In this document: positions 33,201 through 44,756 of the stretch, in pieces | Position numbering within the stretch: the stretch's first letter is position 1 | How the letters are laid out: every line of letters starts with the position of its first letter | Assembly: GCA_044226625.1 (NCBI GenBank) | Contig: JBGAGQ010000038.1 | Location: 1 to 58,848, forward strand | Length of the DNA stretch: 58,848 nt | From: Thermoanaerobaculia bacterium | GTDB lineage: Bacteria > Acidobacteriota > Thermoanaerobaculia > Multivoradales > UBA5704 | Reading direction: 5' to 3' | Translations under genes and position numbers: made by a program | The notes under the pieces: generated by a model | The model's input: the letters and a program-made list of their open reading frames with translations, nothing else | What the model was told of the DNA's origin: nothing | Databases searched by the model: none

Positions 33201-35318
33201 GCGGTGCTCACGATCGACAACCGCGACTTTCCCGACGAGGGGATCGACAAGATCGTCATCACGAGCTTTCCAGAGCCCGTGCTGCGGATCGGCGCCTCCC
33301 TGGCAGAGGGATTGGGCGGCGGGCTCGACCAGGGCGTCGTTCCCGTCGCGATGCGCGGCATTCTTTTGAACCAAGGGATCGCCCTCCATCAGGGCTTCAC
33401 CACCGTGACGGTCGTCGAGCCCGGTAACGCTTGGGACGTCTTCGACGAGCGCGCCGCCGGAGCGGGGCTTCGGTTCATCTCGCAGCGCTACCACTTTCGG
33501 CGCGGCGTCGAGCCCGGGACGGGCCTTTCGGTGATCGAGATCCGGCTGCCGGCGGTGCTCTCGGTCGTCGCGCGCGGCGAGGTGCCGCGCGACGATCTCG
33601 GCCGTCCCGCTCCGTGCGATACCGAGCAGGAGGATTGGGATCTCCTCGCGGGGCCGTTCGTCCAGCGATTCGGCGGCGCGCCGATCGCTCTGCCCTCGGG
33701 CTCTCCGGGCCGGATCGTCTTCCTCAGCCTCAAGGACATTCGGCTCGCGGGTTTCGAGCCGCACGATCCGGAGGGGAGCGCACAGCAAGGAGGCGTCCGC
33801 TTCACGATGGAGATCCCGCGCCTCGCCGGGCGCAACGAGGATCCGGGCGCCTTCCTGTTCTCGGTCGAGCCGTCGAGCTTCTCGGTCACCCTGGCCCCTT
33901 CGGTGGTCCGAGGGAAGGTGCGGTGGTGGGTCCGCGAGGTCGAGGCTCGGGCGGGACGGGTCGAGGCCGACGTCGACTACGGCGGCTTTCGCGCGCTGTT
34001 CTGGATCCTCGCCGTGATTCCGGGCATCGGCTTCCTGCTTCCGCTCGCCGATCCGATCGTCGACGCGGTCGCGACGTCGGAGGTCAACGACGGGCTCCGA
34101 GGCCAAGCTCCCGGGGGCTTCCTGGGTCTTTTCCTCGAAGCGCTCCAGAGCTGGTCGGACGAGGCGCTCGCGGATCACCCGGCGATCGAATCGGTCTACC
34201 TGCGCGACGGCGTCCTCCACCTCTGGTCCCGCTCCGTCCGGCCGCTCGTGCCGGCGCTCGAAGTCCTTCCGGCTCCCGGCCTGTCGTTCGGCACGGTCCG
34301 GCTCGGGGAGCCGCCGGTACGGCGAAACCTGCTGCTCACGAGCGTCGGCGGCGCGCCGTCGGTGATCGAAGCGGTGCGGATCGTTTCCGGCGCGCCCGAG
34401 ATGCGGATCGACGGCGCTTTCCTCGCGCCGCTCGTGCTCGAGCCGGGGGCGGCGGTCGCCGTGCCGCTTGAATTCGAGCCGGGGGCGCCCGCCGGGTTTC
34501 GTTCCGGCGAGATCGAGGTGATCGCCGACGGCGGGCGGAGGAGCGCGGTTCGTCTGGATGGCATCGCCGCGGCGGCGCTCGAGCCGCGCCTGCGCCTTCG
34601 CCCGGATCTGCAGCTGTCGTTCGGTGCCGTCTCGATCGGCATCCGCAGGGAGGAGACGGTCGAGATCGCGAACGATGGCCAGGAGCCTCTTCTGCTCGGA
34701 CCGCCGCGGATCGAGGGCGAGCCGACCGAGGCGGCGGCCTTTTCGCTCGTCGCGCCGCCGACCCGCGTCGAGCCCGGTCAGACGTCGATCCTCCGCGTGG
34801 CGTTCCAGCCGCAGCCGGGCGGCACGGCGGCGCATCGGGCAACCCTCGGGATCTCGAGCAACGATCCGCTCCGGCCTCTGATCGAGCTGCCACTGGTCGC
34901 TTTCGCCGTCAGTCCCGGCTCCGTCTACGTCGAGTCGCGCTCGCTCGCGTTCAACGACACCCTGATCGAGGCGCTCCAGCCGCCGCTTCCCCCCGGTCTG
35001 CCGCCGACGATCCATCGCGGCTCGACGCGCCGGCTGCGCGTCGTCAACCTGGGCGCCGGAACGCTCACCCTGTTCGGGACGACGTTCCAGGCTCTGATGG
35101 GCCTCGGCGGGGCTTCTCCCCATTTCCATCTCTGGCTCGCCGACGGCACCGTGGCGACGCCGGTGAGCCGGACGATCGCCGCGGGGCAGGCGTTCGAGCT
35201 GGTCGTCCAATTCCTCCCGGTCGCCGTCGGGACCCATCGGGCGACGGTCACGATCCGCAGCGGCGATCCGGCCGAGCCCGAGATCCCGATCGCCCTGATC
35301 GGCGTCGGGGTCCAATAG
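30216..35318 (+). CDS. Large multidomain protein (1700 aa): ZU5-like/Ig region, propeller-like region, hydrophobic hairpin, three C-terminal ASH/choice-of-anchor-D Ig-like domains
   Basis: GGGGAG RBS; typical high-GC codon use; VRSFSTF motif; repeated LSFG.V..G...L.N.G..P...F.P...G...ATL.I.SNDP units. Confidence 0.75.
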   Translation: MADEAGAEGTLVFSVRAKRGEKVAAVRGLLTKLVVGASDGASPLFARRIAIDGRDASPFEFRLPIPAGEYGKLTVGLAELTLTTVDQKDQPVPLAVGESTFAVDLSVSAGVATRLVLDLDLDALPVAKAPGDVLALRLDDDVPAQTFKAPPVGETATFRLGLAAVALEARSLPPGAAVSLRAPGGDDLPPLFRRQVRVGTPLHVHAAAKLAAPAEVTVPFDAADLAAAGRRADEAVVLQLDEARTVYRELRPVRIDREASTLTVRVRSFSTFCACCPGIEIRSPELAADGFGRVVGLVDGETVGLVGRVLDPEGEVALLDPAPSDPAAPSLLHGGWFAFEGIPLPQVETRVALEARAPDLLPHVCEFVLRRAIVPRRITDPHRTFGAALALTESGAPHVTTSVKFKRFSDDDLVEPLAAWQRSFERLGPFLFRPTAERDGWVFRHLLHPTHFENETAALAIRLLAPFVAVPIDAAAPEPVRALRSLASFVGGMPPDDLRRPSVDRALELARPLLGPENLSLSPRAPLVALDGERIGAAFVAATLDSTDQALQSTLGGFIQNLYAALTDERDARPRARAGRLFFALGSFDEIGREIVADGIWCPGLALAIDPIDGQPTIAAIGVAPDVEVIRPDGVHVREPRSRLLLFHRQDDGGWSEELVLDDRPVVDVDLAFGPDGVPRLVAAIAATAHLGQKTHLISLRRAASGWTAQPVAIEVEVEGRRIRTDRGIWPRLAVDARGRSVLVFAQWGAEWRWHVAVEAAAGEDGASGGFRARTLRTARWVDLQGSRLAPEGDRRLQESLPVTLSGLSVAHWAPSIALDGAGRLWCAYPNGMLQLARIDLATLEIEDEPVAVDRSVGFFPALALRRGGAPAVVFKDTASPDGGDGDLFYLAVDDGAVVPGAVDGGSARFGRPLPPFRVSDLPTGGFAPHVPLDCDRIKNLNELPALLGSVLRDRRFHFEIYPDGGLGLPPYLPSLESHPFLFHLIRRLPSLPTLAVLTIDNRDFPDEGIDKIVITSFPEPVLRIGASLAEGLGGGLDQGVVPVAMRGILLNQGIALHQGFTTVTVVEPGNAWDVFDERAAGAGLRFISQRYHFRRGVEPGTGLSVIEIRLPAVLSVVARGEVPRDDLGRPAPCDTEQEDWDLLAGPFVQRFGGAPIALPSGSPGRIVFLSLKDIRLAGFEPHDPEGSAQQGGVRFTMEIPRLAGRNEDPGAFLFSVEPSSFSVTLAPSVVRGKVRWWVREVEARAGRVEADVDYGGFRALFWILAVIPGIGFLLPLADPIVDAVATSEVNDGLRGQAPGGFLGLFLEALQSWSDEALADHPAIESVYLRDGVLHLWSRSVRPLVPALEVLPAPGLSFGTVRLGEPPVRRNLLLTSVGGAPSVIEAVRIVSGAPEMRIDGAFLAPLVLEPGAAVAVPLEFEPGAPAGFRSGEIEVIADGGRRSAVRLDGIAAAALEPRLRLRPDLQLSFGAVSIGIRREETVEIANDGQEPLLLGPPRIEGEPTEAAAFSLVAPPTRVEPGQTSILRVAFQPQPGGTAAHRATLGISSNDPLRPLIELPLVAFAVSPGSVYVESRSLAFNDTLIEALQPPLPPGLPPTIHRGSTRRLRVVNLGAGTLTLFGTTFQALMGLGGASPHFHLWLADGTVATPVSRTIAAGQAFELVVQFLPVAVGTHRATVTIRSGDPAEPEIPIALIGVGVQ

Positions 35319-35397
35319 AGAGAGCACCGCGGCCTCTCCGCGGCGGCCTTCCCCCCACTCGGGGCGCGTTATGCTGCGGGCCTCCTCAGAGGACGCC

Positions 35398-36018
35398 ATG
35401 GACCCGCACGCCGCCGCCGCCGCCGACGAAGCCGTCTACGCCATCGACCGCCCGAACCCCCGGTTGTTCCCGTACTACGTCCTGCTCTCGTTCCTGGCCG
35501 GACCGGGGATGCCGTTCCTGCTCGCGTACCTCTATTTCCGCTACCACACGATGCGCTATCGCTTCGACGCGCAGGGCATCTCGATGAGTTGGGGCATCCT
35601 GTTCCGGCGTGAGATCAACCTCACCTACGCGCGCATCCAGGACATCCACCTGACCAGCAATCTGGTCGAGCGCTGGCTCGGTCTCGCGCGAATCCAAGTC
35701 CAGACCGCGAGCGGCAGCTCGGGAGCCGAGATGACGATCGAGGGGATCCTCGAGTTCGAACGGCTGCGCGACTTTCTCTACTCGAAGATGCGGGGAACCA
35801 AGGGCGCGGCTCCGGGGGCGATTCCGGGCCTCGCGTCCGTTCCCGCGTTCCCCGGCGCCCCGTCGCCGGATTTCTCCGAAGGCGCCGAATCGGGCGACCT
35901 CGCCGCGCTGCTGCGCGAGGTGGCCGCCGAGGTGCGCTCGTTGCGCGCCGCGATCGAAGCGCACGGCGGCCGCCCCGATCGGGCCACGGGTGGACCGGGA
36001 GGAGGCGCCGATGTCTGA
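35398..36018 (+). CDS. Bacterial PH (bPH_2) domain membrane protein
   Basis: TM helix then RYRFD..GI.MSWGILFRRE....Y.RIQDI.L...VER.LGLA.I.VQTA. Confidence 0.85.
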   Translation: MDPHAAAAADEAVYAIDRPNPRLFPYYVLLSFLAGPGMPFLLAYLYFRYHTMRYRFDAQGISMSWGILFRREINLTYARIQDIHLTSNLVERWLGLARIQVQTASGSSGAEMTIEGILEFERLRDFLYSKMRGTKGAAPGAIPGLASVPAFPGAPSPDFSEGAESGDLAALLREVAAEVRSLRAAIEAHGGRPDRATGGPGGGADV

Positions 36019-36793
36019 GCTCGACCGCCGCTCTCGCGCCACGGCGTTCGTCGAGCGGGTGCTCAGAGTTCCGCCGCCTCCCGACGCTCCGGCGGGGACG
36101 CACGAGTCGATCCGCGTCTTCCGCGGCGCGCCCGGGCTCTACCGCTACCAGCTATTGGTCTGGTTGGTCCGGCAGCTCGCGACGGCCGCCGGCCTCGCGG
36201 TGGGCATCTCGGTGCTCGCGGCCATTCCCCATTTCCCGACCAAGAAGCTGCTCGAGCTCCTCGAGTGGATGGGCGTCGCGATCTTCGTCGCGAGCCTGCC
36301 GTTCACCTTCCTCATGGTCCACCTCGACTACCAGCTCCGCTGGTACATCGTCACCGACCGTAGCCTGCGCATCCGCGAAGGGCTCTGGAAGGTGAACGAG
36401 CGGACGATGAGCTTCGCCAACATCCAGAACCTCTCGGTTCGCCAGGGCCCCATCCAGCGCCTGCTCGGCATCGCCGATCTCGAAGTCCATTCCGCGGGCG
36501 GGGGAGGCGCGCGGCGCCAGGGGCACGAGAAACACCAGGAGGATCTCCACGTCGGCAAATTCCGGGGCGTGGACAACGCCGAGGAGATCCGCGACTCGAT
36601 CCTGGCCCGCGTACGGCAGCTCCGCGATTCCGGATTGGGTGACCCCGACGCGGTCCATCACGAGTTGCCCGCGGAGGCTCCGGGCCGACAGGAGGCCGCC
36701 GCCCGCGAGGCGATCGCGGCGGCGCGCGAGCTGCTCGCCGAGGTGCGGGCGCTGCGGGAGAGCTGGCACCGCGCGAGCCCCGTCGCTCCCTGA
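36011..36793 (+). CDS. Bacterial PH (bPH_2) domain membrane protein
   Basis: GGAGG RBS; RWYIVTDRSLRIREGLW...E.TMSFANIQN.SV.QGPIQRLLGIADL.V.SAGG. Confidence 0.85.
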   Translation: MSELDRRSRATAFVERVLRVPPPPDAPAGTHESIRVFRGAPGLYRYQLLVWLVRQLATAAGLAVGISVLAAIPHFPTKKLLELLEWMGVAIFVASLPFTFLMVHLDYQLRWYIVTDRSLRIREGLWKVNERTMSFANIQNLSVRQGPIQRLLGIADLEVHSAGGGGARRQGHEKHQEDLHVGKFRGVDNAEEIRDSILARVRQLRDSGLGDPDAVHHELPAEAPGRQEAAAREAIAAARELLAEVRALRESWHRASPVAP

Positions 36794-36822
36794 CCCTGCC
36801 GGGGCATCGGGCCGGCGCGCCG

Positions 36823-37221
36823 CGCTCCCGCGGCCGGGATCAACGATCCCTCGCGAAGGACCAACGCTCCCGCGGCCGGGATCAGCGATCCCTCGCGAAG
36901 GACCAACGCTCCCACGGCCGGGACCAGCGATCCCTCGCGAAGGACCAACGCTCCCACGGCCGGGATCAGGGATCCCTCGCGAAGGACCAACGTTCCCGCG
37001 GCCGGGACCAGCGATCCCTCGCGAAGGACCAACGCTCCCGCGGCCGGGATCAGCGATCCCTCGCGAAGGACCAACGCTCCCGCGGCCGGGATCAGCGATC
37101 CCTCGCGAAGGACCAGCGCTCCCGCGGCCGGGATCAGCGTTCCCTCGCGAAGGATCAGTGATCCCGGGCGAAGGATCAATGATTCCGCGCGAAGGATCGG
37201 TGATCCCGCGGCAGGGAACAG
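36823..37221. repeat. Intergenic tandem array: 8 x 42 bp (two diverged 21-bp halves) plus 3 degenerate 21-bp units
   Basis: Unit CGCTCCCGCGGCCGGGATCAG-CGATCCCTCGCGAAGGACCAA starts at 36823, 36865, 36907, 36949, 36991, 37033, 37075 and 37117; no unique spacers. Confidence 0.95.
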
Positions 37222-37312
37222 CCGGCCGGGTTGCGCGACGGTCCCCGCGGTCTACGGTTTCCCACCCCGCCGAGCGGGTAATCGGCGCTTCTGCACCCAC
37301 CTTTCCGGCCCG

Positions 37313-37341
37313 TTGACACCCCCTGGAGGCCAAGACACAAT
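37313..37341 (+). promoter_or_regulatory. Sigma70 promoter of the nuo operon
   Basis: TTGACA-N17-CACAAT. Confidence 0.75.
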
Positions 37342-37411
37342 CCCGCCAGCTTGAGACGCAAGATGTCCGGAGAGTCGGCCTCCTGAGACGTTCGTGGCTC
37401 TAGGAGAACCA

Positions 37412-37736
37412 TTGGCGAATTACCTCCCGATCCTCGTCTTCGTCGTGATCGCCGCGTTGTTCCTGGCGTCGACGCTGCTGGTCGCCCGGCTCCTGCGGCA
37501 CCGGCGGGGCAAGGACACCGACCTCGATCCCTACGAGTGCGGCAACGAGGTGGTGAGCTTCGCGCACGACCACCGGTTTTCGGTTCGCTACTATCTGATC
37601 GCGGTCCTGTTCGTGGTGTTCGACGTCGAGACCGTCTTCCTGCTGCCGTGGGCGGTGCTGTTCGACAAGCTCGCGCTGTTCGGGTTCGTCGAGATGATGG
37701 TCTTCCTCGCGATCCTGGTCGGCGGCTACGCCTATC
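37412..37736 (+). CDS. nuoA: NADH-quinone oxidoreductase subunit A (3' end lost at an apparent deletion)
   Basis: AGGAG RBS + TTG; [28 protein letters not shown]; the expected final xWxKGAL.W is missing. Confidence 0.85.
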
Positions 37737-38232
37737 GAGCGACCGGGACGCCGAGGGCGGGAGCGAGGGCAACGTCCTCACCACGACCTACGACAAGATC
37801 TTCAACTGGGCGCGCCGCTCGGCGATCTGGCCGATGCAGTTCGGGCTCGCCTGCTGCGCGATCGAGATGATGGCGGTGCTCGATCCGCGCCACGACATGT
37901 CGCGCTTCGGCGCCGAGGTCTTCCGCGCGACGCCGCGCCAGAGCGATCTGATGATCGTCGCCGGCACCGTGACCGAGAAGATGGCGCCGATCGTCAAGCG
38001 CCTCTGGGACCAGATGCCCGAGCCGAAGTGGGCGATCGCGATGGGCGCCTGCGCGACCTGTGGCGGACCGTACCGAACCTACGCGGTGACCCAAGGGGTC
38101 GACCGCGTGATCCCTGTCGACGTCTACGTCCCGGGCTGCCCGCCGCGGCCGGAGGCGCTCCTCTGGGGCCTCCTCCATCTGCAGCGGAAGATCGACCGGA
38201 TGAAGGGCGGCCTCGCCGGGAGCGCGCGATGA
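37737..38232 (+). CDS. nuoB: NADH-quinone oxidoreductase subunit B (start codon lost at an apparent deletion)
   Basis: [49 protein letters not shown]. Confidence 0.92.
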
Positions 38233-38912
38233 GCGAGACGCACGGGGCGGCTACCGCGGACAAGCCGGCGTGGGAGAAAGATCCGGTCGCGCCGGAGTGG
38301 CTCGCCGCCGACGGCGATCCGCTGGTCGAGGCGCTGCGATCCGCGCTCCCCGACGCGATCCGGACGGCGCGTACCTTTGCCGGCGACCTCACCCTCGACG
38401 TCGAGCGCGAGCGCTGGGCGGACGTGGCGCGGGAGCTCAAAGAGAACCATGGCTTCACGTTGATCGTCGACCTCTGCGGCGCCGACTATCCGAGCCGCGA
38501 GCGGCGGTTCGACGTCGTCGCCCACCTCGCGGCCGTGCCGCCGGGCAACGCCTACCGCGTCGTGCGGTTGAAGGTCGAGACCGACGAGGCGACGCCGGTG
38601 CCCACGCTCACGGGGGTCTACCGCGGCGCGAGCTGGCCCGAGCGCGAGGTGTTCGACATGTACGGCGTCCGCTTCGACGGGCATCCGGACATGACGCGCA
38701 TCCTCACCTGGGAGGGCTTCAACGGCCATCCCCTGCGCAAGGAGTTCCCCGTCGAGGGGATCGACACGGGGGCGGCGATCTATCCCGAACAGTACGGCGA
38801 GACCGCCGGCCCGGTTGCCGGCACCGGCACCGGCTGGAAGGTGCCGAAGCCGAAGGTGGCCGAAGATCCCGACGCCGGCAAAACGGCCGCTCCGAAAGCG
38901 GAGGGCGCATGA
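38229..38912 (+). CDS. nuoC: NADH-quinone oxidoreductase subunit C
   Basis: [28 protein letters not shown]. Confidence 0.92.
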   Translation: MSETHGAATADKPAWEKDPVAPEWLAADGDPLVEALRSALPDAIRTARTFAGDLTLDVERERWADVARELKENHGFTLIVDLCGADYPSRERRFDVVAHLAAVPPGNAYRVVRLKVETDEATPVPTLTGVYRGASWPEREVFDMYGVRFDGHPDMTRILTWEGFNGHPLRKEFPVEGIDTGAAIYPEQYGETAGPVAGTGTGWKVPKPKVAEDPDAGKTAAPKAEGA

Positions 38913-40060
38913 GCGTTCGGGTCGATCCCCCCAGGGATTCGTCGGCCGATCCTCTGTTCGCCGGCGAAGAGATGGAGCTGTCGTTCGGGCCGCAGCATCC
39001 GGCGACCCACGGCGTGCTGCGGCTGAACCTGAAGATCGAGGGAGAGCGGATCGTCGGTTGCTATCCGATCATCGGCTACCTGCATCGCGGGACCGAGAAA
39101 CTGTTCGAGCTCCACCCGTTCTTCCAGAACGTGCCGCATACCGACCGGATGGACTACGTCGCGGCGGCGACCAACAACCTCGCGTACGTGGGCGCGGTCG
39201 AAAAGCTGGTCGGCCTCACCGTGCCGCCGCGGGCTCGTTACATCCGAACGATCCTCGCCGAGCTGCAGCGGATCTCCTCGCACCTGGTCTGGCTCGCGAC
39301 GCACGCAATCGACATCGGGGCGATGACGCCGTTCTTCTACTGCTTCCGCGAGCGGGAGCGGGTGCTCGACCTGTTCGAGCAGTATTGCGGCGCGCGCTTG
39401 ACTCTCAATTGCATGCGCCCCGGCGGCCTGCCCTACGACCTGCCGGCCGGTTGGGTGGATACGTGCCGGCAGCTGTGCCTCGACTTCCCCGCGGCATTCG
39501 ACGAGTACGAAGGGCTGCTCACGGAGAACCGGATCTGGAAGCGGCGCACGGTGGGCGTGGGCGTGCTCTCGCCCGAGGCGGCGCTCGATTGGGGGGTCAC
39601 CGGGCCGATGCTGCGGGCGAGCGGGATCGACTTCGACCTGCGCAAGGCGCGCCCTTACGAGGCGTACGGCGAGGTCGAGTTCGACGTGCCGACGGCGAAG
39701 AACGGCGACACCTACGACCGCTACCTGGTTCGCATGGCCGAGATGCGCGAGGCGAACAAGATCGTCCTCCAGTGCCTCGACCTCCTGGCCGCGACCGAGG
39801 GCGGACCGATCATGGCCAAGCGCCCGCGCGTGCTCAAAGGGCCGAAGGCGGAGATCTACCACGGCATCGAAGGGCCGAAGGGGGAGATCGGCTTCTACAT
39901 CGTGGGCGACGGCACGCCGAACCCCTACCGCTGCCACGTCCGGCCGCCGTCGTTCATGAACCTGCAGTCGCTGCCCGATCTCGCGAGCGGCCACATGGTG
40001 GCGGATCTGGTGGCGTTGATCGGCTCGACCGACATCGTCCTGGGCGAGGTCGACCGATGA
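38909..40060 (+). CDS. nuoD: NADH-quinone oxidoreductase subunit D
   Basis: GPQHPATHGVLR, GYLHRG.EK, DRMDY, DIVLGEVDR. Confidence 0.95.
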   Translation: MSVRVDPPRDSSADPLFAGEEMELSFGPQHPATHGVLRLNLKIEGERIVGCYPIIGYLHRGTEKLFELHPFFQNVPHTDRMDYVAAATNNLAYVGAVEKLVGLTVPPRARYIRTILAELQRISSHLVWLATHAIDIGAMTPFFYCFRERERVLDLFEQYCGARLTLNCMRPGGLPYDLPAGWVDTCRQLCLDFPAAFDEYEGLLTENRIWKRRTVGVGVLSPEAALDWGVTGPMLRASGIDFDLRKARPYEAYGEVEFDVPTAKNGDTYDRYLVRMAEMREANKIVLQCLDLLAATEGGPIMAKRPRVLKGPKAEIYHGIEGPKGEIGFYIVGDGTPNPYRCHVRPPSFMNLQSLPDLASGHMVADLVALIGSTDIVLGEVDR

Positions 40061-41172
40061 TCCCGATGATCCCGACGAGCCCGTTCGCGCTCTCCCTGGC
40101 GGCGCTGCCGTTCGGCCTCGAATCGCTGCGCCAGATGGCGGGGGACACGCTGTTCTATTACGCGATCTCGCCCGCGTTGAAGATCCTCGGGCTGGTGTTC
40201 CTCGCGATCCTGCCGCTGATCACCTATCTGGTGCTCGCCGAGCGCAAAGTGCTCGGCTATCTCCAGGTACGCGTCGGCCCGAACCGGGTGGGACCCTGGG
40301 GGCTGTTGCAGCCGGTCGCCGACGTGATGAAGCTGCTGGTCAAGGAGGACACGATCCCGAGCCGCGCGGTGCGCTGGGCGTTCGTGCTCGCCCCCTGCCT
40401 CGTGGTCGCCCCCGCGCTGGTGATCTTCTCGGTCGTGCCGGTCGGCCCGCCGGCCGCGACGCCAGGCGGTCTCGCGGGCTACGTCACCGACGTCGACACG
40501 GGCGTGCTGTTCGTGATCGCGGTCGCGACGATCGGCGTGTACGGCTTGATCCTCGGCGGCTGGGCGTCGAACAACAAGTTCTCGCTGATGGGTGGCCTGC
40601 GGGCGGCGGCGCAGATGATCTCGTACGAGGTGCCGCAAGGGCTCGCGATCGTCGGACCGTTGATGCTCGCCGGGACGCTCTCGATGGTGGGGATCGTCGA
40701 GGCGCAGCGCGACGCGAAGATCTGGTACGTCGTACCGCAGATCGTCTCGTTCTTCATCTATCTGGTCGCCGGCGTCGCCGAGACGAACCGCAATCCGTTC
40801 GACCTGCCCGAGGCGGAGTCCGAGTTGGTCGCGGGCTTCCACACCGAGTACAGCGGCATGCGCTTCGCGCTGTTCTTCCTCGGCGAGTACGCGAACATGA
40901 TCGCGGTGTCGGCGGTCGCGACGACGCTCTTCCTCGGCGGCTGGCTGCGCCCCTTCCCGAGCGTCGCCTGGCTCGCGCCGCTCGACGTGGTGCCGGGGGC
41001 GATCTGGTTCGCGCTCAAGGTGTTCGGCTTCCTGTTCCTCTACATCTGGTTCCGCGGCACGTTTCCGCGCTATCGCTTCGACCAGCTGATGGCGCTCGGG
41101 TGGAAGTGGCTCCTGCCGCTCGCGCTCGCGAACATCCTCGGAACCGCCCTGATCAAGCTGTGGCTACGGTGA
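40057..41172 (+). CDS. nuoH: NADH-quinone oxidoreductase subunit H
   Basis: ERK..G..Q.RVGPNRVGP.GLLQP.AD..KL..KE, NR.PFDLPEAESELVAG. Confidence 0.95.
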   Translation: MIPMIPTSPFALSLAALPFGLESLRQMAGDTLFYYAISPALKILGLVFLAILPLITYLVLAERKVLGYLQVRVGPNRVGPWGLLQPVADVMKLLVKEDTIPSRAVRWAFVLAPCLVVAPALVIFSVVPVGPPAATPGGLAGYVTDVDTGVLFVIAVATIGVYGLILGGWASNNKFSLMGGLRAAAQMISYEVPQGLAIVGPLMLAGTLSMVGIVEAQRDAKIWYVVPQIVSFFIYLVAGVAETNRNPFDLPEAESELVAGFHTEYSGMRFALFFLGEYANMIAVSAVATTLFLGGWLRPFPSVAWLAPLDVVPGAIWFALKVFGFLFLYIWFRGTFPRYRFDQLMALGWKWLLPLALANILGTALIKLWLR

Positions 41173-41200
41173 GCGGACCGGTGACCCTCGGGTGAGCAAA

Positions 41201-41743
41201 ATGTCGGCCTGGAAGCGTTTCCTCGACAAGTTTCTCCTGCTCGACCTGTTCGCCGGGCTCGGGATCACCGGCCGCGCGCTGTTCCGCAAGAAAGAGACGG
41301 TCCAATATCCGGAGGAGCGGCTCGCGCCGGCCCACCGCTTCCGCGGCATGTTCCGCCTCGACGCCGAGCGGTGCATCAAGTGCACGCTCTGCTCGCGCGA
41401 CTGCCCGATCGACATCATCTACATCGATTGGCACCAGGAGGTCTCGGAGGCGACGGGCAAGAAGGAAAAGAAGCTCGACCGCTTCGACATCGACCTCGAG
41501 CGCTGCATGTTCTGCGGCCTGTGCGAAGAGGCCTGTCCGACCGAGCCGAAATCGATCTGGCTCACCACCAAGACCTACGAGCTCGCGACCTACGACCGGT
41601 GGCAGCATCTGTTCGTCGACATGGAACAGCTCGAAGGATGGCAGGGGCGCCCGGCCTACACCGATCGGGAAGTGGGACCGCAAGGGAGCCAGGCGCCGAG
41701 GAACGACGGAAGCCGCGAGGCGGGAGAAGGGGAGGGCCGATGA
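41201..41743 (+). CDS. nuoI: NADH-quinone oxidoreductase subunit I
   Basis: T.QYPEE, RFRG, two CxxCxxCxxxCP motifs. Confidence 0.93.
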   Translation: MSAWKRFLDKFLLLDLFAGLGITGRALFRKKETVQYPEERLAPAHRFRGMFRLDAERCIKCTLCSRDCPIDIIYIDWHQEVSEATGKKEKKLDRFDIDLERCMFCGLCEEACPTEPKSIWLTTKTYELATYDRWQHLFVDMEQLEGWQGRPAYTDREVGPQGSQAPRNDGSREAGEGEGR

Positions 41744-42276
41744 GCTTCCTCTCGACGCATGGGGCCGCGATCCTGTTCTACCTGTTCGCGGGGCTCGCGG
41801 TCGCCGGCGCGATCGGAGTCGTGGCCGCGAAGAGTCCGATGAACGGCGCGCTTTCGCTGCTCGTGACGTTCCTCTCGGTCGCCGCGCTGTTCCTTCTGCG
41901 GCACGCGGGGTTCGTCGGCATCGTCCAGATCTTCGTCTATGGCGGCGGGATCATGGTGCTCTTCCTGTTCGTCATCATGCTGGTCAACCTTTCGCGTCTG
42001 GACGCCGCGGAGCGCGTCTGGCGCCAGACGCCGTGGGCGGTCCTGTTGTCTCTCGGATTCGCGCTCCTCTTGGGGTTGGTCGCCCGCGCGAACTGGGGGG
42101 CGGTCTCGACGGCATCCTCCGCCGAACGGCTGCGCACGTTCGGCGGCGAGCTCGTCGGCAACCCCAAGGCGCTCAGCTTGGACCTGTTCCTGAACTACCT
42201 CCTGCCGTTCGAGATCGCCTCGCTCTTCCTGCTCGTCGCGATGATCGGAGCGGTGGTGCTCGGGAGGCGCGAATGA
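41740..42276 (+). CDS. nuoJ: NADH-quinone oxidoreductase subunit J
   Basis: VQI.VY.GGIMVLFLFVIML, YLLPFEIAS..LLVAMIGAV. Confidence 0.93.
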   Translation: MSFLSTHGAAILFYLFAGLAVAGAIGVVAAKSPMNGALSLLVTFLSVAALFLLRHAGFVGIVQIFVYGGGIMVLFLFVIMLVNLSRLDAAERVWRQTPWAVLLSLGFALLLGLVARANWGAVSTASSAERLRTFGGELVGNPKALSLDLFLNYLLPFEIASLFLLVAMIGAVVLGRRE

Positions 42277-42596
42277 ACGTGCCGAGCCTCTGGAACGTGG
42301 GCACCGAGCACTACCTGGCACTCTCGCTCGTGCTCTTTTCGATCGGCCTGTTCGGCGTGATCAACCGCCGCAACCTGATCACGATCCTGATGTCGATCGA
42401 GCTGATGCTGAACGCGGTGAACCTGAACCTGGTGGCGTTCTCCTATCAGCGGGGCGATCTGCTCGGCCAGGTGTTCACCCTGTTCACGATCACCGTCGCC
42501 GCCGGGGAGGCGGCGGTGGGCCTGGGCATCCTGCTCGCCATGTTCCGCCTGCGCCGGACGACGCGGGTGGACGAGGCCGCGGAGCTCAAGGGCTAG
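42273..42596 (+). CDS. nuoK: NADH-quinone oxidoreductase subunit K
   Basis: RRNLI.ILMSIELMLNAVNLN, VAAGEAAVGL. Confidence 0.95.
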   Translation: MNVPSLWNVGTEHYLALSLVLFSIGLFGVINRRNLITILMSIELMLNAVNLNLVAFSYQRGDLLGQVFTLFTITVAAGEAAVGLGILLAMFRLRRTTRVDEAAELKG

Positions 42597-42609
42597 GCGG
42601 ACTCCGATC

Positions 42610-44709
<2,100 letters not shown>

Positions 44710-44756
44710 GGATGGGCTAGGGATCGCCAGGGATCGGTTCGAGTCGAGGGAAAACC

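Noticed and set aside
27655-35399. Long alternative ORFs (27655-29916 +, 28172-30658 -, 30018-32651 -, 32808-35399 -)
   Set aside because: R/A/G/P-rich shadow frames of real genes in high-GC DNA, with no motifs.
36823-37221. CRISPR array
   Set aside because: Contiguous tandem units with no unique spacers, and no cas genes in the window.
36152-37333. Repeat-protein ORFs crossing the tandem array
   Set aside because: Open only because the 21-bp unit lacks stops; they overlap the bPH gene and have no convincing RBS.
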